64,000 nucleotides of DNA. It comes from a virus. Taxonomy: Duplodnaviria; Caudoviricetes. Both the position numbers and the translations under genes were made by a program. Within the stretch, counting starts at the first letter, position 1. The number at the start of each line of letters is the position of its first letter. The notes under the pieces were generated by a model. It saw only the letters and a list, made by a program, of their open reading frames with translations. It did no database searches and had not been told where the DNA came from. The stretch is taken from the IMG/VR virus record IMGVR_UViG_3300049982_000337, positions 11,097-75,096 of that record; one strand, given 5' to 3'. Shown in pieces: positions 34,118 through 44,568 of this stretch.

Positions 34118-35413
34118 ATGCTGGAGTTCCTGACCCCGCTGCTGGCCCAGCAGCAGATCGCCATCGGAATGATCGGCGCCACCTTCGTCGGCGCGCTGGT
34201 CTATTCGCTGAAGGCACTGCCGTCCAACCTCTGGGCGGTGCTGCGCGAGCAGTTCAGCGTCACCCTCGCGGTCGAGGGCCAGGACCTCATCTATGACCAC
34301 CTGAACCTGTGGTTCTCCCGTCACCAGGCGGTCAAGCGCGTCCGTCGGATGATGCTGCAGCAGGAGTTCGACTACGACCGCAGCGACTGGCGCTGGAAGT
34401 TCACCCTGGGCAGGGGGTGGCACCTGATCTGGACCCACGGCCGTCCGATGCTCGTCCACCGCGACGTCAGCGAGGGCGGCGAGATCGCCAAGCTGCTGGG
34501 GAAGGGGACCAATCAGCGGATGTCGGTGATCACCATCGGCCGCGACCAGGCGCTGCTCCGCCGGATCGTGGAGGAGGCCGAGGAGATCTACAACTCCGAC
34601 GGCCACGTCCGCATCTACTACTGGAACCAGAGCGGCTATGACCTGGCCGACCGCCGGCCGCCGCGGTCCATGGACACCGTCTTCCTGCCGGACGCCCAGA
34701 AGCGCCGCCTCATCGCCGATGTCCGTGCCTTCACCGAGGCCAAGGCCGCCTATCGCGAGCGCGGCACGCCCTATCGTCGCGGCTACCTGTTCGAGGGTCC
34801 GCCCGGCACCGGCAAGACCAGCCTGATCTTCGCCCTGGCCGGCCTGCTCGGCCGCGCCGTGTTCGTGATCAACCTCAGCAACGTCCATGGGGACAACGCC
34901 TTGCTGGCCGCCTTCAACGCGGTCGGCAATGACGGCGTGGTGGTGATCGAGGACATCGACACCGCCGAGATCACCAAGGACCGTGAGGTGGTCGCTGTTC
35001 AGCAGGCCGAACAGCAGTCCAATGGTGGTGGCCCGCCTATGCTCATGGGGGCTCAGTCAGGCCGCGTCACCCTGAGCGGTCTGCTCAACGCCATCGACGG
35101 CGTCGCCGCTCGCGAAGGCCGGATCCTCTTCGTCACCTCGAACCACGCCAGCGAGCTCGACCCTGCGCTGCTACGCAGTGGCCGCATCGACCGCCGCGAG
35201 ACCATCGACCGTCTGGACGCCGATACGGCCTGGGCGATGTTCCAGGCGTTCCGGCCCGACGGCGCGCACGCCGATTTTGAGCGCCTTGTCCTGCCCCGGC
35301 TCCCCATCGCCGCAGCCGACCTGCAGAACCTGTTGCAGGCCGCCGACGACGGCGCAGAGGTCATAACCTTGCACCCTGCCGGCGAAACCCGGCGGGCCGC
35401 TCTGGGAGCCTGA
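34118..35413 (+). CDS. BCS1-like AAA+ ATPase with an N-terminal TM and BCS1_N-like domain
   Basis: GTPYRRGYLFEGPPGTGKTS, VVVIEDID, VTLSGLLNAIDGVAAREGRILFVTSNH..ELDPALLRSGRID. Confidence 0.9.
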   Translation: MLEFLTPLLAQQQIAIGMIGATFVGALVYSLKALPSNLWAVLREQFSVTLAVEGQDLIYDHLNLWFSRHQAVKRVRRMMLQQEFDYDRSDWRWKFTLGRGWHLIWTHGRPMLVHRDVSEGGEIAKLLGKGTNQRMSVITIGRDQALLRRIVEEAEEIYNSDGHVRIYYWNQSGYDLADRRPPRSMDTVFLPDAQKRRLIADVRAFTEAKAAYRERGTPYRRGYLFEGPPGTGKTSLIFALAGLLGRAVFVINLSNVHGDNALLAAFNAVGNDGVVVIEDIDTAEITKDREVVAVQQAEQQSNGGGPPMLMGAQSGRVTLSGLLNAIDGVAAREGRILFVTSNHASELDPALLRSGRIDRRETIDRLDADTAWAMFQAFRPDGAHADFERLVLPRLPIAAADLQNLLQAADDGAEVITLHPAGETRRAALGA

Positions 35414-35416
35414 GAC

Positions 35417-35941
35417 ATGGCGCTGATCGTCGAGGACGGCACCGGCCGGCCGGACTCTGAGGCCTACCGCTCTGTCGCCGATCACAGGACCTATTGCGCG
35501 GCACGCGGCATCGATCTGGGCAGCCTGAGCGATACAGACCTCGAACAGGACGCCCGAGTGGCGACCGACTTCATGGTGCAGAGTTTCCGCTATCGTTGGG
35601 CCGGTGAGCGCGCCACGAATACCCAGGCTCTCGACTTCCCCCGTCACCTGATCCCGATCAAGGACGGGCCCGGATCCTTCGCCTCGACCGTGACCTACTA
35701 CCCGCACGACCGGGTGCCGACTGAGGTCGGCAACGCCCAGTCCGAGCTGATGAACCGGGCTCGCGCTGGCGCGCTGGCGCCTGACCAGACCAGGGCGATC
35801 ATCACCGAGACGACCGGCCCGATCACCACGACCTACGACAAGAACTCGCCCGAGGCGCCGCGATACCGCGCCGTCCACATGATGCTCCGGCCTTTCCTGA
35901 AGAACGGCGGGGCAGGGACAGTCGGCGTGGTGCGCTGTTGA
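35417..35941 (+). CDS. Head-tail adaptor (DnaT-like ssDNA-binding family)
   Basis: MALIVEDGTG..DS.AY.SVA, QALDFPR, VP.EV..AQ.EL. Confidence 0.85.
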   Translation: MALIVEDGTGRPDSEAYRSVADHRTYCAARGIDLGSLSDTDLEQDARVATDFMVQSFRYRWAGERATNTQALDFPRHLIPIKDGPGSFASTVTYYPHDRVPTEVGNAQSELMNRARAGALAPDQTRAIITETTGPITTTYDKNSPEAPRYRAVHMMLRPFLKNGGAGTVGVVRC

Positions 35942-36336
35942 GCGACTATGACCTGCGGGCCCAGCAGACCGCGCACCGCAGCCTCAAGCCCAAATCCCAG
36001 GGCGGGAAGGGCCAGGAGGTGACGCTGAAGTCCGGCACGCCCGGAGCGTACATTCCCGCCACGGGGACGAGCGCCCCGTCGACGCCGGCCATCCAGCGGG
36101 GGTGCGGGATCGAGCTTGCCTACAAGGCTAGCGAGATCAACGGCACTCAGATCCTGCGCGGCGATAAGAAGTTCATGCTCTCGGCCCTGGGCGTCGACGG
36201 CCTGCCGATCACGATGCCGAAGGTGGGCAGCCATCTGGTTTACGCCACGGGCGCGCGGTTCCGGGTCGAGGGCGTCGATCCGGACAGCCCGGCCGGAACT
36301 CCGGTCTATGCCTACGTGCAGCTCCGCGACGCCTGA
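35938..36336 (+). CDS. Head closure / head-tail joining protein
   Basis: Position; EINGTQILRGDKK. Confidence 0.7.
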   Translation: MSDYDLRAQQTAHRSLKPKSQGGKGQEVTLKSGTPGAYIPATGTSAPSTPAIQRGCGIELAYKASEINGTQILRGDKKFMLSALGVDGLPITMPKVGSHLVYATGARFRVEGVDPDSPAGTPVYAYVQLRDA

Positions 36337-36770
36337 TGGCCGGCCCGTTTGAGCTTCGGCTCCGTGAGATCGCCAATCGCGCAGGTGACAGGGCCGATCA
36401 GTTCGTGCGGGGCGTCATGTTCGAGCTGAGCGCCCGCTTCATCGTGCGCTCGCCGGTCGACACCGGCCGGTTCCGGGGAAACTGGTTCTACAGCTTCGGC
36501 GCCAGGTCGACGCGCACGACTGGCGCAGACGTCGAGGCCGCAGCCCAGATCTACCAGGGCGGCGGCGGCGGTTACTCGGCCGAGGTGAACGGCCTTCGGG
36601 AGATGCCGACCCAGCATCTCGCCGGCGTCCACTTCATCACCAACAACCTGCCGTACGCCTGGCCGCTCGAACGCGGCCACTCCGGACAGGCCCCCCAAGG
36701 CATCGTGGGGCTCACGGTGCTGGAGTTTGCTTCCATCGCCGACGGCGCAGCGAAGAGGATGACACCATGA
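36336..36770 (+). CDS. HK97 gp10-like tail completion protein
   Basis: SPVDTGRFRGNW, ITNNLPYA..LE.GHS.QAP.G. Confidence 0.85.
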   Translation: MAGPFELRLREIANRAGDRADQFVRGVMFELSARFIVRSPVDTGRFRGNWFYSFGARSTRTTGADVEAAAQIYQGGGGGYSAEVNGLREMPTQHLAGVHFITNNLPYAWPLERGHSGQAPQGIVGLTVLEFASIADGAAKRMTP

Positions 36771-37198
36771 GCCTCGTCGCGATCCGCTCCGCGCTGGAAG
36801 TCGGCCTTAACGGGGTCTCGCCACCGATGGCGACGGCCTGGCAGCGGAAGGGCTTCGACCCGGCGACCGACGTCCCGGCCGATGAGCCGTATCAACGGGC
36901 CGAGCTGCTTTATGCCGACCCTGAGAACAACGAGAACACCAGCAGCTACACCGATATCGGTTTCCTGCAGATCACCCTCTGCTACCCGGTCGAGAGCGAC
37001 GTCACCGCCGGCGGTTCCGCCGAGGTCGAAGGCCGGATCGACCTCCTGCGCACCATCTTCAAGCGCAAAGCATCATTCAGCGCCGGCGGGGTCACGGTGA
37101 CCATTCACCGGACCCTGAAACTGCTGCCGCCCTACAAGGAAGGCGCCCGCGACTGCCAGCCGGTCCGCGTGCCGTTCTACGCCCACATCAACGCCTGA
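36767..37198 (+). CDS. Tail terminator-like protein
   Basis: Position before the tail tube; GFLQITLCYP. Confidence 0.7.
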   Translation: MSLVAIRSALEVGLNGVSPPMATAWQRKGFDPATDVPADEPYQRAELLYADPENNENTSSYTDIGFLQITLCYPVESDVTAGGSAEVEGRIDLLRTIFKRKASFSAGGVTVTIHRTLKLLPPYKEGARDCQPVRVPFYAHINA

Positions 37199-37270
37199 CG
37201 GCGCTGCTGCGACGGCCGATCTCCGGTCCGTCTTCGTCGACCCATCCTCACAATCTGATCGGAGATCCCC

Positions 37271-38479
37271 ATGACTGTTGCTCAGGGCATCGAACGCTAC
37301 ATCGTCTTCGCCGAGCAATCGGCTCTCGGCACGCCGGCCACAACCGGCGGCCAGAAGATGCGCCGCCGTACCGGCACCTTCGTCAAGGCCGTCGCGACCT
37401 ATGAGAACGACGAGATCGTGTCGCACCAGCAGTCGACGGGTTCGACCGCTGGCCAGCAGAGCACGACCGGCAACCTGGATGCGCTGCTCTCGCCGGGCAC
37501 CTATTCGAAGCTGTTCGCGAACCTCCTGCGCAAGGACTTCGCCGCTACGACCGCCATCACCGGCGCCTCGATCACGGTTGCCGGCTCTGGCCCGACGTAC
37601 ACGGTCACTAGGGCAGCTGGATCGTTCCTTACCGACGGGATCAAGGCGGGCGACATCGTCCGCCTGACTGCAGGCGCCTTCGCTGCCGGCAACCTCAACA
37701 AGAACCTGCAGGTCGTGTCCCTCACCGCACTGGTGCTGACTGTCCGAACCCTGAACGGCTCAGCCCTCGCCGCCGAAGGCCCGGTGGCTACCGCGACGGT
37801 TACCGTCCCGGGCAAGAAGTGCTGGGTCCCGATGACCAGCCACACCAACAAGTACTTCACGGTCGAGGACGTCTTCCCCGACCTGACCAAGGCGGAACAG
37901 TTCAACGACGTGAAGGTCGGCTCGGCCGCCTTCAACCTCCCGGCCACGGGCAACGCCGGCGTCGTATTCGCCTGTCCGGGGCTTAGCCGGACGCGCCTGC
38001 CGATCACGATCGCTGCCCCGGCCGATGAATCGACCACCACGGTCGTCTCGGCTGTGAACGGCGTGCTGCTGGTGGGCGGGGCTGTCGTCGCGGTGACGGG
38101 CATTCAGTTCACCATCGACGGCGGCATCACCACGGCGGAACCCGAGGCCGGCACGAACGCCGCCAGCGACCACCAGCGCGGCCGCATCAAGGTCTCCGGA
38201 TCGTTCACCGCGAAATTCAGCGGTTCCACCCTGCAGGATGCCTATGACGATCAAACGCCGCTCGCGATCTGCATGGCGATCACCGACAGCGGCGCCGCCA
38301 ACGCTGATTTCGTCACGGCCGTCATGTCGAAGCTGAAGCTCTTCGGCGACGCCCCGGATGACGGCGAGAAGGAGATCATCCGCACCTATCCGTTCACCGC
38401 CGAGATCAACGGCTCGGGCGGCGCGGCCCTGGCCAACCTTCAGACCATCTTCTCGATGCAGGACAGCCAGGCCGCCTAA
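37271..38479 (+). CDS. Major tail tube protein
   Basis: Position; Thr/Gly-rich; EIVSHQQ, GRIKVSGSFTAKF. Confidence 0.85.
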   Translation: MTVAQGIERYIVFAEQSALGTPATTGGQKMRRRTGTFVKAVATYENDEIVSHQQSTGSTAGQQSTTGNLDALLSPGTYSKLFANLLRKDFAATTAITGASITVAGSGPTYTVTRAAGSFLTDGIKAGDIVRLTAGAFAAGNLNKNLQVVSLTALVLTVRTLNGSALAAEGPVATATVTVPGKKCWVPMTSHTNKYFTVEDVFPDLTKAEQFNDVKVGSAAFNLPATGNAGVVFACPGLSRTRLPITIAAPADESTTTVVSAVNGVLLVGGAVVAVTGIQFTIDGGITTAEPEAGTNAASDHQRGRIKVSGSFTAKFSGSTLQDAYDDQTPLAICMAITDSGAANADFVTAVMSKLKLFGDAPDDGEKEIIRTYPFTAEINGSGGAALANLQTIFSMQDSQAA

Positions 38480-38554
38480 GACGGCCCCCTGCGGATCCTT
38501 TCCCCCCAACTTTACGGGCCGGTCGCACCGGCCTGCTTTTTCAAGGAAGCAACC

Positions 38555-39019
38555 ATGGACACCAACGACACCGGCGTCGCCGCCGAGCCCACCGTCATGC
38601 TCGTCTCGCTGGACGATCTCGACGCCCGCAAGGCTGGCGAGAAGCCCTTCACCTTCGAATACATCAAGGCCGACGGTTCGCGTTCGGGTCTGACGTTCTC
38701 GGTCCTGGGCACCCACTGCGAGACCGTGACCAACGAGATCAACCGCCTGGTCAACGACCGTCGCCGCGAGGAAGCCGCCGCAGCCGCCGAGGCCGCCGCC
38801 AGCCGCCAGCCCGAGGGCTTCACCCCGGTCGAGAGCGACATCGCCTTCGGTCAGCGCCTGGCCGCAGTGCGTCTCGTCGGCTGGGAGGGCATCAAGGAGA
38901 AGTTCACGCCGGCGCTCGGCCTTCGGCTCTGCCAATCGAACCCTGATATCGCCGCCCAGATCACCGCTCAGTCCAACAAGCTGGCCAATTTTATGTCGGG
39001 CTCGCCGCGGACCTCCTGA
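38555..39019 (+). CDS. Tail assembly chaperone (G-like)
   Basis: Between the tail tube and the tape measure; ends LANFMSGSPRTS. Confidence 0.8.
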   Translation: MDTNDTGVAAEPTVMLVSLDDLDARKAGEKPFTFEYIKADGSRSGLTFSVLGTHCETVTNEINRLVNDRRREEAAAAAEAAASRQPEGFTPVESDIAFGQRLAAVRLVGWEGIKEKFTPALGLRLCQSNPDIAAQITAQSNKLANFMSGSPRTS

Positions 39020-39366
39020 GGTTCGCCCGAGCCCAGTTCCACTACAGCGCCCTCGAAGGGGAGGGCGCTTTAAAGGCCCCGCGCCGGGTCCACCTCGAGA
39101 GCCTGGCGCGGCAGGGCGATCCCAAGGCGGTCGCCGAGCTGGCAGCGATCGCCAAGCTGCCGCGCCACGCCGCCCATCTCTGGCGGTTCTTCGAAGAGCT
39201 GCACAGCACCAGGTCATTCAACGGGTTTGGGCCATCGCGCCTGACCCGCGCCGAGATCCGGCAGTGGCAGATCGACGAGGGCCAGCACCTCGATCCCTGG
39301 GAACGCAAGGCGATCATGGACATCGACGCGGCCTGGTTGGCTGCCCAGACGGCAAAGGAGGGATAG
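38990..39366 (+). CDS. Tail chaperone GT extension, reached by a -1 frameshift
   Basis: The -1 frame after GCCAATTTT (38984-38992) reads YVGLAADLLRFARAQF...HLWRFFEEL..TRSFNGFGPSRLT..EI..W...PWERKAIMDID to TAG 39366, abutting the TMP ATG. Confidence 0.7.
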
Positions 39367-42300
39367 ATGAGCACCGAAGTCGAACTCGCCTCCCTCGGCG
39401 TCAAAGTCGATGCGACCGCCGTAGATCCCGGCATCCAGAAGCTCCACAGCCTCGCGGATGCCGGCGGCGTGGCCGAAGCCGCGACCCTGAAGCTCACCTC
39501 CGCGACGGAGTTGCTGGCTGCGGAGACACGCAGGGCGTCCGGGGTCACCGCGGCCTCGGTCGACGCCCATGGCGCGGCCGCGGCGGCGGTGCAGGGTGAG
39601 GTCCAGGCGATCCTTGCGGCGGATGCCTCCCAGCGCAAGGCGCTGGCCTCCGCCGGCGGCTATTCCAGCGCGATGCGGGACATGGCCGACGCAGTTCGGC
39701 AGGCCGATCAGGTCGAGCGCGCCGCCTACCAGGCGACAAAGCAGCTCGACGTCGCCAACCTTCAGGCCGTGAAGTCGACGGCGGCGCTCGGCGTGGCCTA
39801 TCGGCAACTCGACGACCACGTCATGACCTACCACGTCAACGCCATGAAGGCGGGGGCTGCGGCCCAGTTCCTCGGCGCCGGGCATGTTGCGGCCGGCAAG
39901 GGGGCCAGACTTCAGGCCGCCGAGGTTCTGAACCTCACCCGCCAGCTGGCCGATGTCGGCGTCACCGCGGCGATGGGCATGAACCCGCTGATGATCGCCA
40001 TCCAGCAGGGCCCGCAGATCGCCGACATCTTCCAGACGGCCGCGGCGCGAGGCGTGAAGGCGTCCAGCGTCTTCGGCGAGCTGGGCTCCATCGTCGGCAA
40101 TGTTCTGGGCAAGGCCGGGCCGTTCGCCGTCGGCGCCGCAGTTGTCGGCACGCTCGGCGCCGCCTTCCTGGCTGGCGAGAAGGACGCAAACCGTTTCGCC
40201 AATGCCATCGCCATCACCGGCGGCGCGGCCGGGATCACCGGGTCCCAGTACGAGGCGATGGTCCGCCGCATCGAGGGGAGCACGGACGCGGGTTACGGCA
40301 AGGCCCGCGAGGCGATCCTGACCCTGGTCGATAGCGGCAGGGTGTCCGGCATTGCGCTGGAGAACTTCGCGTCCAGCGCCGTGACGCTGTCGCAGTTCAC
40401 GGGCAAGGCCGCCAGCGACTTCGCGAAGGACTTCGCAGGGATGGGTGACGACGTCACCGCCTTCGCCATCAAGTTCAACAGCCAATACCATTTGCTCACC
40501 GGCGCCCAGATCGAACACATCCGCCTTCTCCAGGAGCAGGGCCGTGTGACCGAGGCGATGACCGCGCTATCGATCAGCATGCACGAGCGCCTGGGCGAGG
40601 TCGGCCCGGAGAACCTTGGCCACCTGGAACGTGGCTGGCGGTCGGTCGAGCACGCCATCTCGGCGGCCTGGGAGGCCCTGAAGGGCTTCGGCAACGAAAC
40701 CGCCGGCCGGGATCGCGAGATCGCGCGTCTGGAAGCCGGCATCCAGAACATGAGCACGCCGTACAATCGGGAGCTGCCGAACCACGACAAGATCGTGGCC
40801 AACATGCAGGCCGAGCTCGACGCGCTGAAGAAGGTGCGCGACGCCCAAGGCGCCGCCGCCACGGGCGAACAGGCGGTGACCGACGCTGTCCAGCGCCACG
40901 CGACGACCTATGCGACGCTCGGGGACAACATCAATCGGGCAGCGGCCGAGCAGAAGAAATATCTCGCCGATCAAAAGGCGATTGCCGACGCCGCCAAGAA
41001 GGATCCGGCCCTCGCATCGGCGGTGGACAGCGCCGCCCGTCAGAAGGTGGTCCTCGAGGCGATCGAGAAGAAGTATGCCCCGGCTGCGGCCGCTGCATCG
41101 AATAAGGCCGAGACCGCAGCTGAGAGCGCCGCCAAGGCTGCGGCGCGTCATGCTGAGCAGCTTGCGCGCGAGGCGAGCGCCATGGACGCCACGACCGCCG
41201 GGGCGCTGGCCACTGCTCGCGCCTACGGTGTCAGCGACGCGGCCGCCCTGCGTTCTATCGCGACCGCCGACGCCACAGCCAAAGCGATCACCAAGCGCGG
41301 CGATGTTGAAGCCTTCGTCCAGCGCCAGCTCGACCTCAACGCCGCCAAGGCCGCCGAGAACGCCGCCAAGACCGTTGCTGGCGTCGAGGCGCAAATCGCA
41401 GCGCGGACGAAGGCGAATGCCTCCGTCGCATCGGGAAGCGCCACAAGCGCCGAAGCGAACGAGCGCCTGAGGCTAGAGGCGGAACTGCGCCCGCTAATCG
41501 CCCAGGCCGATGCGGCAAGCGGTGAGGCAAAGAGGATCCTGACAGAACAGATCATCCGGCTCGCCTTCGCGCGTAAGGCGGACAACGCCGAGGCGAAGAC
41601 CGAACTCCTCCTGGCTCAGCGAGCATCACAGTCCGATCAGCTCGCTTACATGGAAAAGGAACTCAGCCTGATCGGCGCTACCAACCGTGAGCGCGCAGTT
41701 GAACTGGCCATGTTCGCCAAGCGCCAGGAGATCCAACGCACCGGCATCGGAACTGAGGTCGACGTCGCGAAGGCCGGCGAGGTTGCAGGTAAGGACTTCG
41801 ACGTCCGCCGATCCACGGACAATCTCAATGCCAGCCTGAGCTACACCCTCGAACTGCTCGATCAGGTCGACGCCCATGCGCGCGATGCTGCGGGCGGCCT
41901 GGCCAGCGCCTTTGACGGCGCGGGCGCCGGTATCGAGCGGATGGTGCAGGCTATCGGCGGCCTGACGACGGTCATGACCAGCCTGGCGGCCCAGGAGGAG
42001 GCCATCCGCGTTCGCCGCGATGCCGACCAGAAGAACCAGATCAAGGGCTCGGCCGCTTGGCAGCACGCCGAGATCCTGGCCAGCCGCGAGACCACCAAGG
42101 CCCGGGTGGGCGCCTATGGCTCGATGGCCGGCGCTGCGCGGGACTTCTTCAAGGAAGGCTCGAACGGCTACGAACTTCTCGCCGGTGCCGAGAAAGCCTT
42201 CCGCATCATCGAGTTCGGGCTGGCTCTTCAGTCGATTGCCATGAAGGGCGCTGAGGCGACGGCCGCAGTAGCCGCAGAGACCACCATCACCGGCGCCACT

Positions 42301-44565
42301 GTGGCCGGGACCGCGATCCGCACGCCGCTCAAGGCCGCCGAGGGCATCGCCGGCATCTTCGCCGCACTGGGCCCGTTCGGCTTCCCGGTTGCGGCCGCAG
42401 CGACCGCGGTCATGGTCGCCGCCGGCGTGAAGGCATTTGGCGGCGGCGGCGGAACGCCTGGCGTCACGGACATGGAAGACCGCCAGAAGGCGCAGGGCGC
42501 CGGCTCGGTGCTGGGCGACGCCTCGGCGAAATCCGACAGCCTGGCGAGGGCCATGGAGGCTGTGGCCTCGAACACCAATCGCGACCTCGAATATTCCAAC
42601 TCCATGCTGAAGAGCCTGCGCGCCATCGAGGGTGGCATCGGCGCAGTGGCCGCGGCCCTGGCCCGAACGCTCGGCGCCAGTGGCGCGCTCAGCACCGATG
42701 GTCTCGACCTCGGCAAGACCACGGAAGGCCCGGGCATCGCGGCGCGGATCCTGGCGCCGATCTCCAACCTGCTGCCGGGCCTGTTCGGCGGCTCCAAGAC
42801 CCGGACCCTCCAGGACCAGGGCCTGCAGTTCGGCTCCCAGAGCCTGTCCGACATCCTCGGCGGCGGCATCGACGGCCAGACCTACCAGCAGGTGCTTGAG
42901 CAGACGAAAAAGAAGGCCTTCGGCGTCACCTATTCGAACAAGACCAAGTCGCTCACCGAAACCGGCGATATCGACGCGGACCTGTCCGGCCAGATCACGC
43001 AGCTGATCGGCTCGCTGAAGACCGGCGTGCTGTCAGCCGCCGAGGTCCTGGGCGTGACCGGCGCCGAAGCGGTGCTCGACAGCTTCCAGGTCAACCTCGG
43101 CAAGCTGTCGTTCAAGGACATGTCCGGTGAGGAAATCACCGCCGCGCTGAACGCCATCTTCGGCAAGCTGGGCGACGATCTGGCCTCCGCGGCCGTGCCG
43201 GTGCTCACCGAACTGCAGAAGGTGGGGGAGGGCGCGTTCGAGACCCTGGCCCGGGTCGCGCGGAACTATCAGGTGCTGGACGTTACCCTGTCCTCGATCG
43301 GCATGGTGTTCGACGGCGTAGGGGTTTCGTCCCTGACCGCGCGCGAACGGCTGATCGACCTGGCCGGCGGCATCGACGCCCTGGTGGAGCAAACCCAGTT
43401 CTTCGGCGAGACCTTCCTGACCGAAGCCGAGCGCCTGGCTCCGATCCAGGCGGCAGTGACGAAGGAGATGGCGCGCCTTGGCCTGGCGGGCGTCGACACG
43501 CGGGACGAGTTCAAGCGCCTGGTCCTAAGCCTCGATGTCTCCACGGCGGCCGGCGCCGATCTCTATGCCGCGCTGATGGCCGTGGCCCCTGCCTTCGCCA
43601 AGGTGACCGAGGAGAGCGATGCCGCGGCCCAGACACTGGCGGACGCGGGGGACGCCCTCAGTGCTGCGCTTGAGCGCCAGGCGAGCGCAGCGGAAACTGC
43701 ACGCGACAAGTTCCAGGGCTTGGCCGACACCCTGAAGAAGTTCAACGAGGGCCTCTATTCCGGCCCGGCGGCGAAGCTGTCGCCCGAGGAGCAGTATCTC
43801 GCCTCGAAGGATCTGTTCGAGAAGACCTATGCGGCGGCCCAACGGCACGACGAGAAGGCCATCGCCGAACTGCCGTCGATCATGCAGTCGTTCCTGGACG
43901 CGTCGGAGGACTACAACGCCTCGTCGGTCGGCTACTTCGACGACCTCGACGCGGTCAAACAGGCGACCGCCGCCACCCAGGGCTATGCCCAGACCCAGGC
44001 CAATATTGCCGACCAGCAGCTCAGCGAAACCCGCCGGCAGTCCGATGCGATCTTCGGCGTCAAGAGCGCGGTCGAGAGCGTTGAGCAGCTCCTGGCCGCC
44101 TATCTCGCGGCGGGAGGCACGATGGGCGGGGCGGCTGGCGGGGCGACCGGCGGGGCAGGGACGCCTTCGCGGGCATTCGACGGCTCCGACTACCTCGACG
44201 CCAATGCCGACATCGCCGCGGCCTTCCAGAAGTACCTCGCCGGCGATCCGGCCTTCATGGCGCAGTCGGGCTACGCCTCGGGGATGGACGCCGACCAGTT
44301 CGGCCAGAAGCACTGGGACAACGGCGGCAAGAACGAGAACCGCCCGACCTTCGTCATGACCCCGGCGCCGGCTGCGACCATGGCCGCGCCCGTCAGCAAC
44401 GACAACACCAGGGTGGAAGCAAAGCTCGACGCCGTCGTCAGGGAAATGCAAGCGCTCGTTCGCCAGGGCGGCGCGGCGTCGCCTGCCATGATCCAGCAGC
44501 TTGAGCGGCTCCGCGAGGACGTAGCCGCCAATAGCCGCGCCCTGCACACCTTTGCGTCGAATTAG
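39367..44565 (+). CDS. Tape measure protein
   Basis: 1732 aa, Ala-rich; NLTRQLADVGVT...GMNPLMIAIQQGPQI lambda-TMP N motif. Confidence 0.95.
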   Translation: MSTEVELASLGVKVDATAVDPGIQKLHSLADAGGVAEAATLKLTSATELLAAETRRASGVTAASVDAHGAAAAAVQGEVQAILAADASQRKALASAGGYSSAMRDMADAVRQADQVERAAYQATKQLDVANLQAVKSTAALGVAYRQLDDHVMTYHVNAMKAGAAAQFLGAGHVAAGKGARLQAAEVLNLTRQLADVGVTAAMGMNPLMIAIQQGPQIADIFQTAAARGVKASSVFGELGSIVGNVLGKAGPFAVGAAVVGTLGAAFLAGEKDANRFANAIAITGGAAGITGSQYEAMVRRIEGSTDAGYGKAREAILTLVDSGRVSGIALENFASSAVTLSQFTGKAASDFAKDFAGMGDDVTAFAIKFNSQYHLLTGAQIEHIRLLQEQGRVTEAMTALSISMHERLGEVGPENLGHLERGWRSVEHAISAAWEALKGFGNETAGRDREIARLEAGIQNMSTPYNRELPNHDKIVANMQAELDALKKVRDAQGAAATGEQAVTDAVQRHATTYATLGDNINRAAAEQKKYLADQKAIADAAKKDPALASAVDSAARQKVVLEAIEKKYAPAAAAASNKAETAAESAAKAAARHAEQLAREASAMDATTAGALATARAYGVSDAAALRSIATADATAKAITKRGDVEAFVQRQLDLNAAKAAENAAKTVAGVEAQIAARTKANASVASGSATSAEANERLRLEAELRPLIAQADAASGEAKRILTEQIIRLAFARKADNAEAKTELLLAQRASQSDQLAYMEKELSLIGATNRERAVELAMFAKRQEIQRTGIGTEVDVAKAGEVAGKDFDVRRSTDNLNASLSYTLELLDQVDAHARDAAGGLASAFDGAGAGIERMVQAIGGLTTVMTSLAAQEEAIRVRRDADQKNQIKGSAAWQHAEILASRETTKARVGAYGSMAGAARDFFKEGSNGYELLAGAEKAFRIIEFGLALQSIAMKGAEATAAVAAETTITGATVAGTAIRTPLKAAEGIAGIFAALGPFGFPVAAAATAVMVAAGVKAFGGGGGTPGVTDMEDRQKAQGAGSVLGDASAKSDSLARAMEAVASNTNRDLEYSNSMLKSLRAIEGGIGAVAAALARTLGASGALSTDGLDLGKTTEGPGIAARILAPISNLLPGLFGGSKTRTLQDQGLQFGSQSLSDILGGGIDGQTYQQVLEQTKKKAFGVTYSNKTKSLTETGDIDADLSGQITQLIGSLKTGVLSAAEVLGVTGAEAVLDSFQVNLGKLSFKDMSGEEITAALNAIFGKLGDDLASAAVPVLTELQKVGEGAFETLARVARNYQVLDVTLSSIGMVFDGVGVSSLTARERLIDLAGGIDALVEQTQFFGETFLTEAERLAPIQAAVTKEMARLGLAGVDTRDEFKRLVLSLDVSTAAGADLYAALMAVAPAFAKVTEESDAAAQTLADAGDALSAALERQASAAETARDKFQGLADTLKKFNEGLYSGPAAKLSPEEQYLASKDLFEKTYAAAQRHDEKAIAELPSIMQSFLDASEDYNASSVGYFDDLDAVKQATAATQGYAQTQANIADQQLSETRRQSDAIFGVKSAVESVEQLLAAYLAAGGTMGGAAGGATGGAGTPSRAFDGSDYLDANADIAAAFQKYLAGDPAFMAQSGYASGMDADQFGQKHWDNGGKNENRPTFVMTPAPAATMAAPVSNDNTRVEAKLDAVVREMQALVRQGGAASPAMIQQLERLREDVAANSRALHTFASN

Positions 44566-44568
44566 GCC

